NCBI GenBank assembly: GCA_965223505.1
Contig: CBDCWP010000030.1
Span: 32,001-96,000 of the forward strand
Direction: 5' to 3'
Length of the DNA: 64,000 bases
Source of the DNA: Planctomycetota bacterium
GTDB lineage: Bacteria; Planctomycetota; PLA2; JAEUHO01
Both the position numbers and the translations under genes were made by a program. The notes beneath the pieces are model-generated. The model had not been told where the DNA came from. It made no database searches and saw only the letters and a list, made by a program, of their open reading frames with translations. Position 1 is the first letter of the stretch. Every line of letters begins with the position of its first letter. This document shows positions 1 through 9,311 of the stretch, piece by piece.

Positions 1-727
1 CTTCGCCGGCGATCACGGCGGCCCGCGGTTGCGGCGCGGCATCGCGCCGGCCGTGACGGTCGACCGCCCAGGCCACGCCGAGGACGACGGCCGTCAGCGC
101 GGCCGCGGCGCCGAGGGTCTTCACTCCGCCCGCGACGAGCTCGCCGGCCGGGACGGGCATGCGCTCGCCCGTCAGAATCGGAACGAGCGCCGCCAGCCAC
201 GCACGTCGCTGTCCGTAGCGGCGGTCCATCTCCGCGCGCAGTCGCTCGAGCCCGCGGCGCGTCTGCGTTCGTACGGTCTCGACGCGCGCGCCGGTCCGCC
301 GCGCGACCTCACGCGGCGGGAGATCGTCGTAGAACCGCAACAGGAGCACGCTGCGATACGGCTCCTCCATCGCGAGCAGCGCGCCGACGACGCGCTGTCG
401 AAGCTCCTCGCGTTGCAGCACGTCGGACGGATCGCGCCCGTGCGGCGCGTTCGCGACGAGCGCTCGCTTGCCCTCGACGCGCCGCCGGTCGGCGGCCTTG
501 CGCGCGTAGCGCTTCCGCGCGAGGTTGCGGGCGACGGTCGCGAGCCAGGCGCGAGGTGAGCGCAGATCGCCGCGCGCCGGGTCGAGCGCCCGGATCCAGG
601 TTTCCTGGACGACGTCGTCGACCTCGTTCGGATCGGGAAGCAACGCCGCTGCGACCCTGCGAACGAAGCCGTCGTGTTTGAGCAGCGCGTCGATGCGCTG
701 CGCGGCTGCTGCGGGCATGGGTTCCAT
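1..727 (-). CDS. ECF-type RNA polymerase sigma-70 factor with C-terminal transmembrane extension (3' end runs off the window; not in the ORF track)
   Basis: Manual translation from ATG 727: MEPMPAAAAQRIDALLKHDGFVRRVAAALLPDPNEVDDVVQETW...RAWLATVARN (sigma region 2), then EPYRSVLLLRFYDDLPPREVARRTG...TVRTQTRRGLERLR (region 4), then hydrophobic LGAAAALTAVVLGVAWAV. Confidence 0.9.
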   Translation of the reverse strand, partial: MEPMPAAAAQRIDALLKHDGFVRRVAAALLPDPNEVDDVVQETWIRALDPARGDLRSPRAWLATVARNLARKRYARKAADRRRVEGKRALVANAPHGRDPSDVLQREELRQRVVGALLAMEEPYRSVLLLRFYDDLPPREVARRTGARVETVRTQTRRGLERLRAEMDRRYGQRRAWLAALVPILTGERMPVPAGELVAGGVKTLGAAAALTAVVLGVAWAVDRHGRRDAAPQPRAAVIAGE

Positions 728-856
728 GGTAGAGGGACCCTGCAACCGTGCTTTTCGGTTCAGTTGAAAGGGAGGGCCTCCTTTACCGTTCAGGTGAGTT
801 GGACGATCATCGGGATTCGGGCTCGCGGCGGAGGCGGGTCGCAGAGGAGGTACGGA

Positions 857-2083
857 ATGAGAACCGCCACGCTTGCATGCTGCGTCCTGGCCGCGCTTTG
901 TGTACTGCTGGGAGGCGCGCGAACGCCGCCGGCGCACGCGGACGACGCCGCGCTCGAGGCGGCGTCGGAGTGGCTCGCCTCCGTCGGTCAGACGCGCAGC
1001 GGCAAGCCTTGGCCGGTGGAGGACCTGCCCAAGCTCACGCGGATCTTCTTCGGCATGAGGGACGCCGAGAAGGTCACCGACGACGGGCTGAAGCACCTCG
1101 CCGCGCTTCCGAAGCTGTCGGAGCTCGGCATCGGGTCGGCGAAGGTGACGGACGCCGGCATGGCACGAATCGGGAAGATCGAGACGCTCACGAAGCTCGT
1201 CGTTCCGCGTGGCGTGGGCGACGCAGGCATCGCGCATCTGGTCGGTCTGCCGAAGCTGCGCTCGCTCGACGTCGGGAGCACTGCGATCACGGACGCGGCG
1301 CTCGCGTCGGTGGCGAAGATGCCGGCGTTGGAAGACCTGCGCGTCGTGGCGACCAAGGTCACCGATGCCGGCTTGGCGCATCTGCCGGCGGCGCCCAAGC
1401 TGCGCGTGCTGTGGCTGCAGAACGTGAAGGGCCTCACGGACGCGGGCATGGAACCGGTCGGCCGCGTCGCGGCGCTTGAGTTCCTCGACCTCACGCACTC
1501 GAAGATCGACGCGGGCGTGAAGCATCTCACCGGCCTGAAGAAGCTGCGCTACATCAACCTGCACGCGAACGGGACGACGGACGCAGGCGGTGTCCACCTC
1601 GGTGAGATCGAGTCCCTGGAAGAGATGACGCTCTCCGACACGAACGTCGGCGATGCCACGATGGCGTCGCTTGCGAAGCTCCCGAACCTGATCGGCATCG
1701 TCGCCTCGAAGTCGCAGGTCACCGACGCGGGCCTCGCCGCGCTCGGCAAGGCCCCCACGCTCAAGACGCTGAACGTGAACGACACACAGGTCGGAGACGC
1801 GGGCGTCTCGCATCTCGCGGCGCTGCCGGTGCTTCGGAGTCTCTCACTCAACGGCACCAAGCTCACGAACGCGGGCCTCGCACACGTCGCGAAGATGAAG
1901 TCGCTGGAGCAGCTCTACGTCAACAAGACCGGCGTGACGAACGAGGGCGTGATGGTGCTGGCCCCGCTTCCGAAGCTGCGGATCGTGTCGCTGCGCGACA
2001 CCGAGGTCGACAAGGCCGGCGGCGAGGCGCTGAAGAACGCGCTGACGCACAAGCGCCCGAAGGTCTGGACCAACAAACCGTAG
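857..2083 (+). CDS. Secreted leucine-rich repeat protein
   Basis: ATG 857 after GAGGAGG; signal peptide; many approximately 24-aa LxxLxxLxLxxTxVTDAGLxHL repeats. Confidence 0.9.
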   Translation: MRTATLACCVLAALCVLLGGARTPPAHADDAALEAASEWLASVGQTRSGKPWPVEDLPKLTRIFFGMRDAEKVTDDGLKHLAALPKLSELGIGSAKVTDAGMARIGKIETLTKLVVPRGVGDAGIAHLVGLPKLRSLDVGSTAITDAALASVAKMPALEDLRVVATKVTDAGLAHLPAAPKLRVLWLQNVKGLTDAGMEPVGRVAALEFLDLTHSKIDAGVKHLTGLKKLRYINLHANGTTDAGGVHLGEIESLEEMTLSDTNVGDATMASLAKLPNLIGIVASKSQVTDAGLAALGKAPTLKTLNVNDTQVGDAGVSHLAALPVLRSLSLNGTKLTNAGLAHVAKMKSLEQLYVNKTGVTNEGVMVLAPLPKLRIVSLRDTEVDKAGGEALKNALTHKRPKVWTNKP

Positions 2084-2092
2084 TCCGCGACG

Positions 2093-3166
2093 TCACGACG
2101 AGCGCGCCGAGATCTCCGGTGCGGGTGCGCCCTCGAGCTCGGCCAGCGCAGCATGCGCGACGTGTTCGGGCTCGAGCTGCTCCATGCACGGATGGCCGAT
2201 CGGGCACGTCGTGAGGTGGCAGCCGAGGCAGGGCAGCGACTCGTTGCGCACGACGTGCGCTGTGCTGTGCTCGCTCCAGCGCGGATCCGTCGGCCCCATC
2301 CAGACGACCGTCGGGGTTCCCAGCGCCTCCGCGAGGTGCCGCGGTCCGGCGTCGGTCGTCAACAGGACGTCGCTACGCGCGAGCAACGCCTTGAGCTCGC
2401 CGATGTCGGCCACGCGGCTGTGCGTGGAGATGCAGTCCCCGATGCGCTCGGCGAGCTCCACCGCGAGCGCTTCCTCGCCGGGACCGCACAGGATGAGCGG
2501 CATGGCGTCGTGCGCGGCGCGAACGCGAGCGACGACGTCGACGATGTGTTTCACGGGATAACACTTCGTGTCGCCGAACGCGGCGCCGGCGTTCACGGCC
2601 AACAACGAGCGTGCGGCGAGACCCTCGAGCCGCGCGGCGGCGCGCTCTTCGTCGAACGCCGTCGTGCGGATCTCGATGCCCTGCCCGTCGTCCACCGCGC
2701 CGAACGGCGCCGCGAGGTCGAGGTACTGTTTCGTCATCGAGCGCGGTAGCAGCTCGTCCTTCTCCCCTCGCGGCAAACGGACCTTGCGCGTCAGCAACAT
2801 GCCGCCTCCGCGCAGATCGCTCCCGACGCGAACCGGGATGCGCGCGAGCACCGTCGCAAGCCGCGCCGACCAGCTGTTGGGCAGCAACAACACGGCGTCG
2901 GCCCGGATCGCGCGCAGGAGTCGTCCCGCCCGAAGCGGCGCGCGCCAGCCGCGCGCGAGACGTCCCGCGATCGGCATGACGCCGTCGCGGTACGGCAGCC
3001 CCTCGAGCGCGGCCTGCGCGGCAGGGCTGCCGGCCCAGGTGATGCGCGACGACGGCAACGCGCTTCGAAGCGCGCGCAACGCGGGCGTGGCCATCACGGC
3101 GTCGCCGAGCGGATTCGGCAGCCGAACGACCAGGTGCTTCGGCGCGTCGAGCACACCCTCGCTCAT
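2093..3166 (-). CDS. waaF: LPS heptosyltransferase II-like (GT9)
   Basis: VRLPNPLGDAVMATPAL, NAGAAFG..K and TTDAGPRHLAEALGTP motifs; ATG 3166 overlaps the upstream stop (ATGA). Confidence 0.8.
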   Translation of the reverse strand: MSEGVLDAPKHLVVRLPNPLGDAVMATPALRALRSALPSSRITWAGSPAAQAALEGLPYRDGVMPIAGRLARGWRAPLRAGRLLRAIRADAVLLLPNSWSARLATVLARIPVRVGSDLRGGGMLLTRKVRLPRGEKDELLPRSMTKQYLDLAAPFGAVDDGQGIEIRTTAFDEERAAARLEGLAARSLLAVNAGAAFGDTKCYPVKHIVDVVARVRAAHDAMPLILCGPGEEALAVELAERIGDCISTHSRVADIGELKALLARSDVLLTTDAGPRHLAEALGTPTVVWMGPTDPRWSEHSTAHVVRNESLPCLGCHLTTCPIGHPCMEQLEPEHVAHAALAELEGAPAPEISARSS

Positions 3167-4182
3167 GCGTTCCTCACCGCGTCGAGCGCCTGCGCCACGA
3201 CGTTCACGAGCCGCGGCCCCCACGCCTCGACGGACCAATGCGAGCGGGCATCTTCCCAGGCCCGCAAGCCCATGGCACGGCGGTCCTCGGGGCGATCGAG
3301 CAGGCGCTGCAGGCCGTCGAGGAACGACGCGCCGCCGGGCGCGCCCGTCGAGAGGTAGCCCGTCTCGCCGTTTCGGACCTGATCGACCTGCACGCCCACG
3401 GCCGAGGCGACCACCGGACGGCCGACCGACATGATCTGCAGCACCCGTAGGCCGCACTTGCCGCGCGCCCACGGATCGTCCGAGAGCGGCGCCAGGCCGA
3501 TGTGCGCCCCCAGCAGCGCGTCCCGCCAGGCGTCGAGCCGCCACGGCACGTGCTCGACGACGATCCCGGTGGGCATCGAAGGGGCGACGTCGCTGATGAC
3601 GCGCAGCCGAAAGCGCCGGCCTGCCGTCACCAGCGCCGAGAAGACGGCGGCGCGATCCTGCAGGTACGGGACCGTCGCGCGCGACCCGATCCAGCCGAGG
3701 ACCGGCTCGCCGTCGGGCTCGGGCGGCGGCGGCTCCGCAGGCACCTCGACGACGGTCGGAACGACGCGGGCGTCGGCGCCGAGATCGCGCACGAGCTCGC
3801 GCAGGTACGCGTTGCCGGCAATGACGAGATCGGCGGCGGCGACGACGAACGCGAAGCGCCGCGCACGGGTCCGCGAGCGCGTCGCGCCACGGCTGCTGTC
3901 GCGGTACGGAAGCGCGTCGTCGAAGTCGAAGATCAGTCGCCGCGCCGCGGCGCGCATCTTGCGCACGGTGTAGAGCGACATGAGGCGCGACGAGACGACG
4001 ACCGCGTCCGCGCGGGCCGCTCGCTGAAGCGCCTCCCGACGGCCGGCGAACCCCTTCGGCCACGGCACGACCTCGAGCTCGATCCCGGCGTCACGCAGGT
4101 GCGTGTCGAACATGCGCCACCGATGCCGCACGACGGGACCGTCCGGATCCGACGAGATCACGACCAGGGTTCGCGTAGCCAC
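3163..4182 (-). CDS. Glycosyltransferase family 4
   Basis: FDFDDA, GWIGS and GKCGLRVLQIMSVGRPVVASAVG motifs; GTG start uncertain (4182 or 4197). Confidence 0.85.
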   Translation of the reverse strand: MATRTLVVISSDPDGPVVRHRWRMFDTHLRDAGIELEVVPWPKGFAGRREALQRAARADAVVVSSRLMSLYTVRKMRAAARRLIFDFDDALPYRDSSRGATRSRTRARRFAFVVAAADLVIAGNAYLRELVRDLGADARVVPTVVEVPAEPPPPEPDGEPVLGWIGSRATVPYLQDRAAVFSALVTAGRRFRLRVISDVAPSMPTGIVVEHVPWRLDAWRDALLGAHIGLAPLSDDPWARGKCGLRVLQIMSVGRPVVASAVGVQVDQVRNGETGYLSTGAPGGASFLDGLQRLLDRPEDRRAMGLRAWEDARSHWSVEAWGPRLVNVVAQALDAVRNA

Positions 4183-4204
4183 GCCGAGAGCGTACACGCG
4201 CCGG

Positions 4205-5365
4205 CTACGACCGAGCGCGACGGAGTTGCGCCGTCCGTTCGCGGCAGACATCCAGCACACGGTCCAGGCGCGTGACCTCCTGGTTCTTGAGCGCGAGGTA
4301 GCGCGCATCGTCCGCGGTCGTCGCGCGCAGGTCGTCGTCGGCGAGCACGCGCAGTGCAACCGCCAGCGCTTCCGGATTCCCCGGCTCCTCGATCACGATG
4401 CCGCCGCGCTGTCCCATCACGTCGCGCACGCCGTTGATCGGCGTCGTGACGACGGGCGTGCCCATGGAGAGCGCTTCCAGACACACCAGCGAACACGGGT
4501 CGTACCACGTCGGGTGAACCAGCACGTCCGCCGCCGCGTACAGCGGACGCGGGTCGGCGGCATCTTCGACGATCGAGAGCCGGTCATCGACGCCCAGCTG
4601 CTTCGCGCGTTGCCGCAGCCGCCGGGACGGACGCGCCCCGGCGACGATCAGCCGGAACGAGGGCTCGAGCCCCGCGACCTCGGGCCGGGTCAACGCCTCG
4701 AGCGCCGTCTCGAGTCCTTTGAGCGCGAGATTGCGTGCGATGAGGAGGCCGACGTAGGCACCGTCCAGTCCCAGCTTCGCGCGTGCGTCGCGACCGGCCC
4801 GCGCGAACGGCTCGGGATCGAAGTGATCGGTGTCGACGCCGTTGATCACCGCGACGACGCGGTGGGCGCACGCCGGATACGCGCGTTGCATGCGTCTTGC
4901 CAGACTCTGCGACACGGCGATCACGACGGGCCCCCGCTCGTCTCCCAACAAGGCCCGCTCGGCCTTCAAGAAGAACTCGTGTTTGCGACTGAACGTGCGC
5001 GCGATCGTCTTGAGCACACCGGCGCCGCCGCGCGCGGCGTCCTTGGCGTCACGCGCTTCCTGCACCAGTCCGCCGTGCGGCAGGTAGACGTCGCAATCCG
5101 ACGCGTGCCGAAAGGCGAGGACGACGTCGCATCCGGCGGCACGCAACGCGCGCGCGCCGTCGCCGGCGAACGCCTCGTCGCACTCCGGCCGCGGGCCGCC
5201 CGCCCGCACCTCGATGTGCGCGGCGCCCTCCGGCGGGGCGCCCCGCATCGACGCGAGCACCACGTCGTCGCCCTGCGCGAGCGCGCGCTTCATCAGCGCG
5301 TCCGTGTGCCGCTCCGCGCCGCCGTAGGGCGGCGTGAAGTCGTCCAACAAGACGCCGAGCTTCAT
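4205..5365 (-). CDS. Glycosyltransferase family 4 (WaaG/RfaG-like)
   Basis: YGGAER at the N-terminus; YAAADVLVHPTWYDPCSLVCLEALSMGTPVVTT. Confidence 0.9.
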   Translation of the reverse strand: MKLGVLLDDFTPPYGGAERHTDALMKRALAQGDDVVLASMRGAPPEGAAHIEVRAGGPRPECDEAFAGDGARALRAAGCDVVLAFRHASDCDVYLPHGGLVQEARDAKDAARGGAGVLKTIARTFSRKHEFFLKAERALLGDERGPVVIAVSQSLARRMQRAYPACAHRVVAVINGVDTDHFDPEPFARAGRDARAKLGLDGAYVGLLIARNLALKGLETALEALTRPEVAGLEPSFRLIVAGARPSRRLRQRAKQLGVDDRLSIVEDAADPRPLYAAADVLVHPTWYDPCSLVCLEALSMGTPVVTTPINGVRDVMGQRGGIVIEEPGNPEALAVALRVLADDDLRATTADDARYLALKNQEVTRLDRVLDVCRERTAQLRRARS

Positions 5366-6144
5366 GACACGCCGCCCGGCCGCGCGGCGTCACCGACGGG
5401 GGTGCGTGGTACATGCCGCTTGACGCGTCGCACCTTGCGCTGAACGCGGCGGACCAGGCCGGGCACGACACCGCGGCGCGGAAGCTTGTGCGCGCGCAAG
5501 TAGCGGATCAGGAACCGCGTCTGTTCGCTGTCCGAGACCGTGCCCTCGGGAATGGACGACGCGAGCGCGCCCAGGTCCTTCACGACCCAGCGGCCCAAGG
5601 CGCGGCGGTGCCGCGCCAGCCGCTCGAGATCGATGAGCGCGCACGTGTCGGACCGGTCTGGATCGACGTAGACGTGATTGAGATAGAGATCGCGATGGTG
5701 CAGCCCGGCGTTGTGAAGCGACGCGGTGGCGCGGGCCAGCGCGCGAAGCACGTGGCGCCGCTGCCGATCGTCGAGCCGGCCCTCGCGCAGCAGGTCGTCG
5801 AGCGGGCGCGCGGGCGCGAGATCGAACGTGCCGGTCACGGCGCCGAGCGTTGGATCGTGTCCCTGGAACGCGAGTCGCGCCGTCGGCACGCCCGCCTGTT
5901 CGCAGCGCCGAAGCGCGTGCGCTTCGCGCGGCAGCCCGTCGCGCAGGTTGCGGCCGCGGATCGACTTCGTCCGCTTCACGAAGATCCGGCGCGCGCCGAC
6001 CGAGAGCACGTGATTCGAACGATCCGGCAGGTCGCGCACCGCCTCGGCGCGCTCGATCACGTCGCCGACCGACGCGATCCCCTCGGCGTCGAGCGCGGCG
6101 AGCGCTTCGCTCGGTCCGTCGAGGCGGCCCGCGGCGGCGCTCAT
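5362..6144 (-). CDS. LPS kinase, Kdo/WaaP family
   Basis: LHNAGLHHRDLYLNHV catalytic loop, LIDLER, KDLGAL; ATG 6144 in an ATGA overlap. Confidence 0.85.
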   Translation of the reverse strand: MSAAAGRLDGPSEALAALDAEGIASVGDVIERAEAVRDLPDRSNHVLSVGARRIFVKRTKSIRGRNLRDGLPREAHALRRCEQAGVPTARLAFQGHDPTLGAVTGTFDLAPARPLDDLLREGRLDDRQRRHVLRALARATASLHNAGLHHRDLYLNHVYVDPDRSDTCALIDLERLARHRRALGRWVVKDLGALASSIPEGTVSDSEQTRFLIRYLRAHKLPRRGVVPGLVRRVQRKVRRVKRHVPRTPVGDAARPGGVS

Positions 6145-7424
6145 CTCACCTCCGCTTGGCCGGCGATCTCGCGAAACGTGCTGCGGTCCTTGATGCGCTC
6201 GATCCGTCGGTCGATCGCGTCGATCCACGGCCGCGCGGCGGCGAGCGTGCCGCCCAGATAGCCGCGCAGCATGGCCATGCGAAAGCGCAACGGGACGATC
6301 GGACGCAAGGACAGCGCCAGCGCGGCCAGCCCGACGGCCGCGTCGCGTCGTCGCAGCCTGCGTCCCGCGCGCGAAACGCGCATGAGGTCGATGAACGCGA
6401 GCGAGAGACGGCCGGCCGCGAGCGGACCGCACACGTACAGGTGCCAGGCCTGCAGGTCCGGGTGCAAGAAGCGCGCGGTGTGCAGCGCGCGAATCGTCGC
6501 GCCGATGCCTTCGGCGACCGCGACGCGCTCGGCCGGGCGCCATGCGTCGTGACGCTCGCGCAGGTAGCGGTCGAGCGGAACCCCTTCGACGGCCCGCGTG
6601 ATCAGGACGCCGGCGTGAAAGCCGTCTTTGCGTCCCTCCATGCACAACCACGGCTCCGGCGCGCGAAACCCCGCCGCACGCAGCGCGAGGTGGTTCTGGA
6701 ACTCGAGCACGGGACTGCGCTTGCGCTCGTATGGCTTGGTCACCTTGAGATAGGCCGGCGTGCCCGAGATGAAGATCTGGCGCACCCAGCGGCGCTCCGT
6801 GCCTTCCACCAACGAACCGGCGTCGGACTTGACGCACTGCGCCAGATCGAGCCAGCCCCCGGCGCGCAAGGGCTCGCGCGCGGCGCGCAACACGAACCCC
6901 TTGACGTCGGGATCCTCCAGCGCCGCCACACGGTCGGACGGCGTGGTACGACGGGAGGCGCGTACCACGAGATCGGAAGACGAATGCTCCTTCTCGTCGC
7001 CGACGAACGCGACGTGAACGCCGATGCGCTCGGCGGTCTTGCGCTCGGGCAACGTCTCGAGCCGGTAGTCGCGGCCCTTCGCGTAGACGTCGGGACGCAC
7101 GACGTCGAGCAGCACGTCCGCGGTGCGCTCGGCAAACGAGGTTACGTGATCGACGCACTGGAGCGCGGCGACGGTCTCGATGCGTTCGTCGAGTGGAATC
7201 AACGGTCGCCCCGGCCCCTTGGCGCGCTGTAGCGACGCGTCGTCGTTGAGCGCGACGACGAGCACGTCGCCGAGCGACTTCGCGGCCTCGAGCGCGCGAA
7301 TGTGTCCGACGTGCAGCAGGTCGAAGCCGCCGTTGGTCAGCACGACGCGCCGCCCCGCCGCGCGATGTTCGTCGAGGCAGGCAACGAGGGCGTCGCGGTC
7401 GAGGATCTTGGTGGCGACGGTCAC
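6141..7424 (-). CDS. Fusion of an RfaE2/HldE-type heptose-1-phosphate adenylyltransferase domain with a WaaP-like LPS kinase domain
   Basis: N-terminus TNGGFDLLHVGH...KGPGRP...YAKGRDY...HSSS; C-terminus LHTARFLHPDLQAWH...FIDLMR. Confidence 0.85.
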   Translation of the reverse strand: MTVATKILDRDALVACLDEHRAAGRRVVLTNGGFDLLHVGHIRALEAAKSLGDVLVVALNDDASLQRAKGPGRPLIPLDERIETVAALQCVDHVTSFAERTADVLLDVVRPDVYAKGRDYRLETLPERKTAERIGVHVAFVGDEKEHSSSDLVVRASRRTTPSDRVAALEDPDVKGFVLRAAREPLRAGGWLDLAQCVKSDAGSLVEGTERRWVRQIFISGTPAYLKVTKPYERKRSPVLEFQNHLALRAAGFRAPEPWLCMEGRKDGFHAGVLITRAVEGVPLDRYLRERHDAWRPAERVAVAEGIGATIRALHTARFLHPDLQAWHLYVCGPLAAGRLSLAFIDLMRVSRAGRRLRRRDAAVGLAALALSLRPIVPLRFRMAMLRGYLGGTLAAARPWIDAIDRRIERIKDRSTFREIAGQAEVR

Positions 7425-8041
7425 GGCGCCAACGCCTCGCCGGGCGCCGACGGCAGCGGCAGCCCTTCTTCACGCAGGATCCAGATGACGGCCTCGCGCA
7501 TGTCGCGCGCGACGAAGTTCGCGTCGTACGGACCCTTGACGGGCAGGGGCCACTTGTCACGCCCGCCGGCCAGCAGGACCGCGCGTGTACCGGCGCGGCG
7601 GCCTGCGACCACGTCGCGCTCGCCGTCGCCGATCGAGATCGAGCGCGACAGGTCGATGTCGTGTTCGCTCGCGGCCCGCATCCACATCCCGGGGTTGGGC
7701 TTGCGGTCGTCGTGCTCCGCGTCGTAGGGAGCGACGGTGCCGTCCGGGTGGTACGGGCAGTAATAGGACGCCAGCAGGTCGATGCCGTGCTCCGCGAGCA
7801 TGCCGTCGAGTCGCGCGGCGACGGACTCGTACGCGTCGACCGTGTACTTGCCGCGAGCGATGCCCGATTGGTTCGTGACGACGACCAGCGCGAACCCGGC
7901 GCTCTGCAAGGCACGCAGGCCGTCGGCGACGCCGGGCAGGAGCCGCACGCCGTCCGGGTTGGAGAGGTATCCGGGATCGTGGATCAGCGTCCCGTCGCGG
8001 TCGAGGAAGACGGCACGGACAGTGGGTTGCGCCGCGGGCAT
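7421..8041 (-). CDS. gmhB: D-glycero-D-manno-heptose 1,7-bisphosphate phosphatase (HAD family)
   Basis: FLDRDGTL, VVTNQSGIARG, CPYHP, RKPNPGM and IGD motifs; start ATG 8041. Confidence 0.9.
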   Translation of the reverse strand: MPAAQPTVRAVFLDRDGTLIHDPGYLSNPDGVRLLPGVADGLRALQSAGFALVVVTNQSGIARGKYTVDAYESVAARLDGMLAEHGIDLLASYYCPYHPDGTVAPYDAEHDDRKPNPGMWMRAASEHDIDLSRSISIGDGERDVVAGRRAGTRAVLLAGGRDKWPLPVKGPYDANFVARDMREAVIWILREEGLPLPSAPGEALAP

Positions 8042-8089
8042 GGGCCCGGATTGTACGATCTGCGATGCGACCCCGCGTATCCTCTCAGC

Positions 8090-9307
8090 ATGCGGATGGC
8101 ATCTCGCAGCTGGATCGTCCTGCTCGCCGCCCTCCTGGCGTGGACCGCCCCCGCCGCGGCCGACGACGAGAAGAAGCCCAAGGACGACAAGCCGTTCCAG
8201 GTCGACAACGACCCCTATCCCGCCGACTTCCGCAAGCGGGTCGACGCCGCCGTCGACAGCGGGGTCGAGTACCTCATGGCGAAACAGACGTCGAACGGGC
8301 ACTGGCCGGCCGACGGCGAACTGACCCGGTACCGCCAGGGCGTCACCGCGCTGAACACGCTCGCGGCGCTCGTCGGCGGCGTGAAGGGAGACGATCCGCG
8401 CATCGACGCCGCGTTCGACGCGATGCGGCCGATGAAGCTGACGAAGACGTACGACGTCGGCGTGCTGCTGATGGCGCTGCACGCGCGCTACTCGGTGTTG
8501 CAGGAGCTCGAAGCGCTGCGCATCGACAAGTACGGCAAGCGCGAGTTCAAGGATCCGTGCAAGAAGAAGATGTCGAAGGAGGACAAGGAGCTGATGCAGA
8601 AGTGCGTCGACTTCCTCGTGAAGCATCAGCACGGCGGGCATTGGCGCTACCCGGAGGACGGGCTGGACCTCTCGAACACGCAGTACGCGTTGCTCGGACT
8701 CTGGGCCGCGAGCCGCTGCGGCTTCAAGATCCCGAAGAACGTCTGGTTCGACTCATTGAAGTGGCTGCTCTCGATCCAGGAGCGCACGGGACGGTCGGTG
8801 AAGCTCTACGTCAACCAGGTGCGGGGCCGCTATCGCGTCGCGTGGACGGAGAAGGCGCGCGCGCGCGGCTTTCGGTACCGCCCCGAGAACCCAGTGACGG
8901 GTTCGATGACGACGGCCGGCATCGCCGGGTTGGCGATCTGCCAGGAAGAGCTGTGGGACTCGCGCAAGTACACGGCCGACATGCGCAAGAACACGCGCCG
9001 CGGCATTCGCGACGGGCTGGCATGGATGCAGGACAACTTCGACGTCACGAAGAACCCGGGCGAGCCGAGCGGAGGCTGGCACTTCTACTACCTCTACGGC
9101 GCAGAGCGCGCGGGCGTGCTGTCGCGCATGCGCTTCTTCGGCAAGTACGACTGGTATTGGGAGGGAGCGAACTACCTGTTGGACGCGCAACGTCATGACG
9201 GCGCGTGGATTCGCGAACATGCGCACCTGGACACGGCTTTCGCCATCCTGTTCCTGAAGCGCTCGACCCGCCGCACCCGCAATCCGGCGATCACGCCGCA
9301 CCACTAG
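8090..9307 (+). CDS. Secreted prenyltransferase/squalene-cyclase-like (alpha/alpha toroid) repeat protein
   Basis: Signal peptide; QxxxGxW repeats (LMAKQTSNGHW, LDAQRHDGAW); DLSNTQYALLGL, GSMTTAG, YYLYGAER. Confidence 0.75.
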   Translation: MRMASRSWIVLLAALLAWTAPAAADDEKKPKDDKPFQVDNDPYPADFRKRVDAAVDSGVEYLMAKQTSNGHWPADGELTRYRQGVTALNTLAALVGGVKGDDPRIDAAFDAMRPMKLTKTYDVGVLLMALHARYSVLQELEALRIDKYGKREFKDPCKKKMSKEDKELMQKCVDFLVKHQHGGHWRYPEDGLDLSNTQYALLGLWAASRCGFKIPKNVWFDSLKWLLSIQERTGRSVKLYVNQVRGRYRVAWTEKARARGFRYRPENPVTGSMTTAGIAGLAICQEELWDSRKYTADMRKNTRRGIRDGLAWMQDNFDVTKNPGEPSGGWHFYYLYGAERAGVLSRMRFFGKYDWYWEGANYLLDAQRHDGAWIREHAHLDTAFAILFLKRSTRRTRNPAITPHH

Positions 9308-9311
9308 CAGG

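Noticed and set aside
788..798. The 11-mer GTTCAGGTGAG shared with 28448-28458, both upstream of genes
   Set aside because: A single 11-nt match is compatible with chance and there is no further shared context.
1000..2050. Periodic DNA repeats that might suggest a CRISPR array
   Set aside because: They are degenerate 72-nt coding repeats of the LRR protein, with no identical repeats separated by unique spacers and no cas genes.
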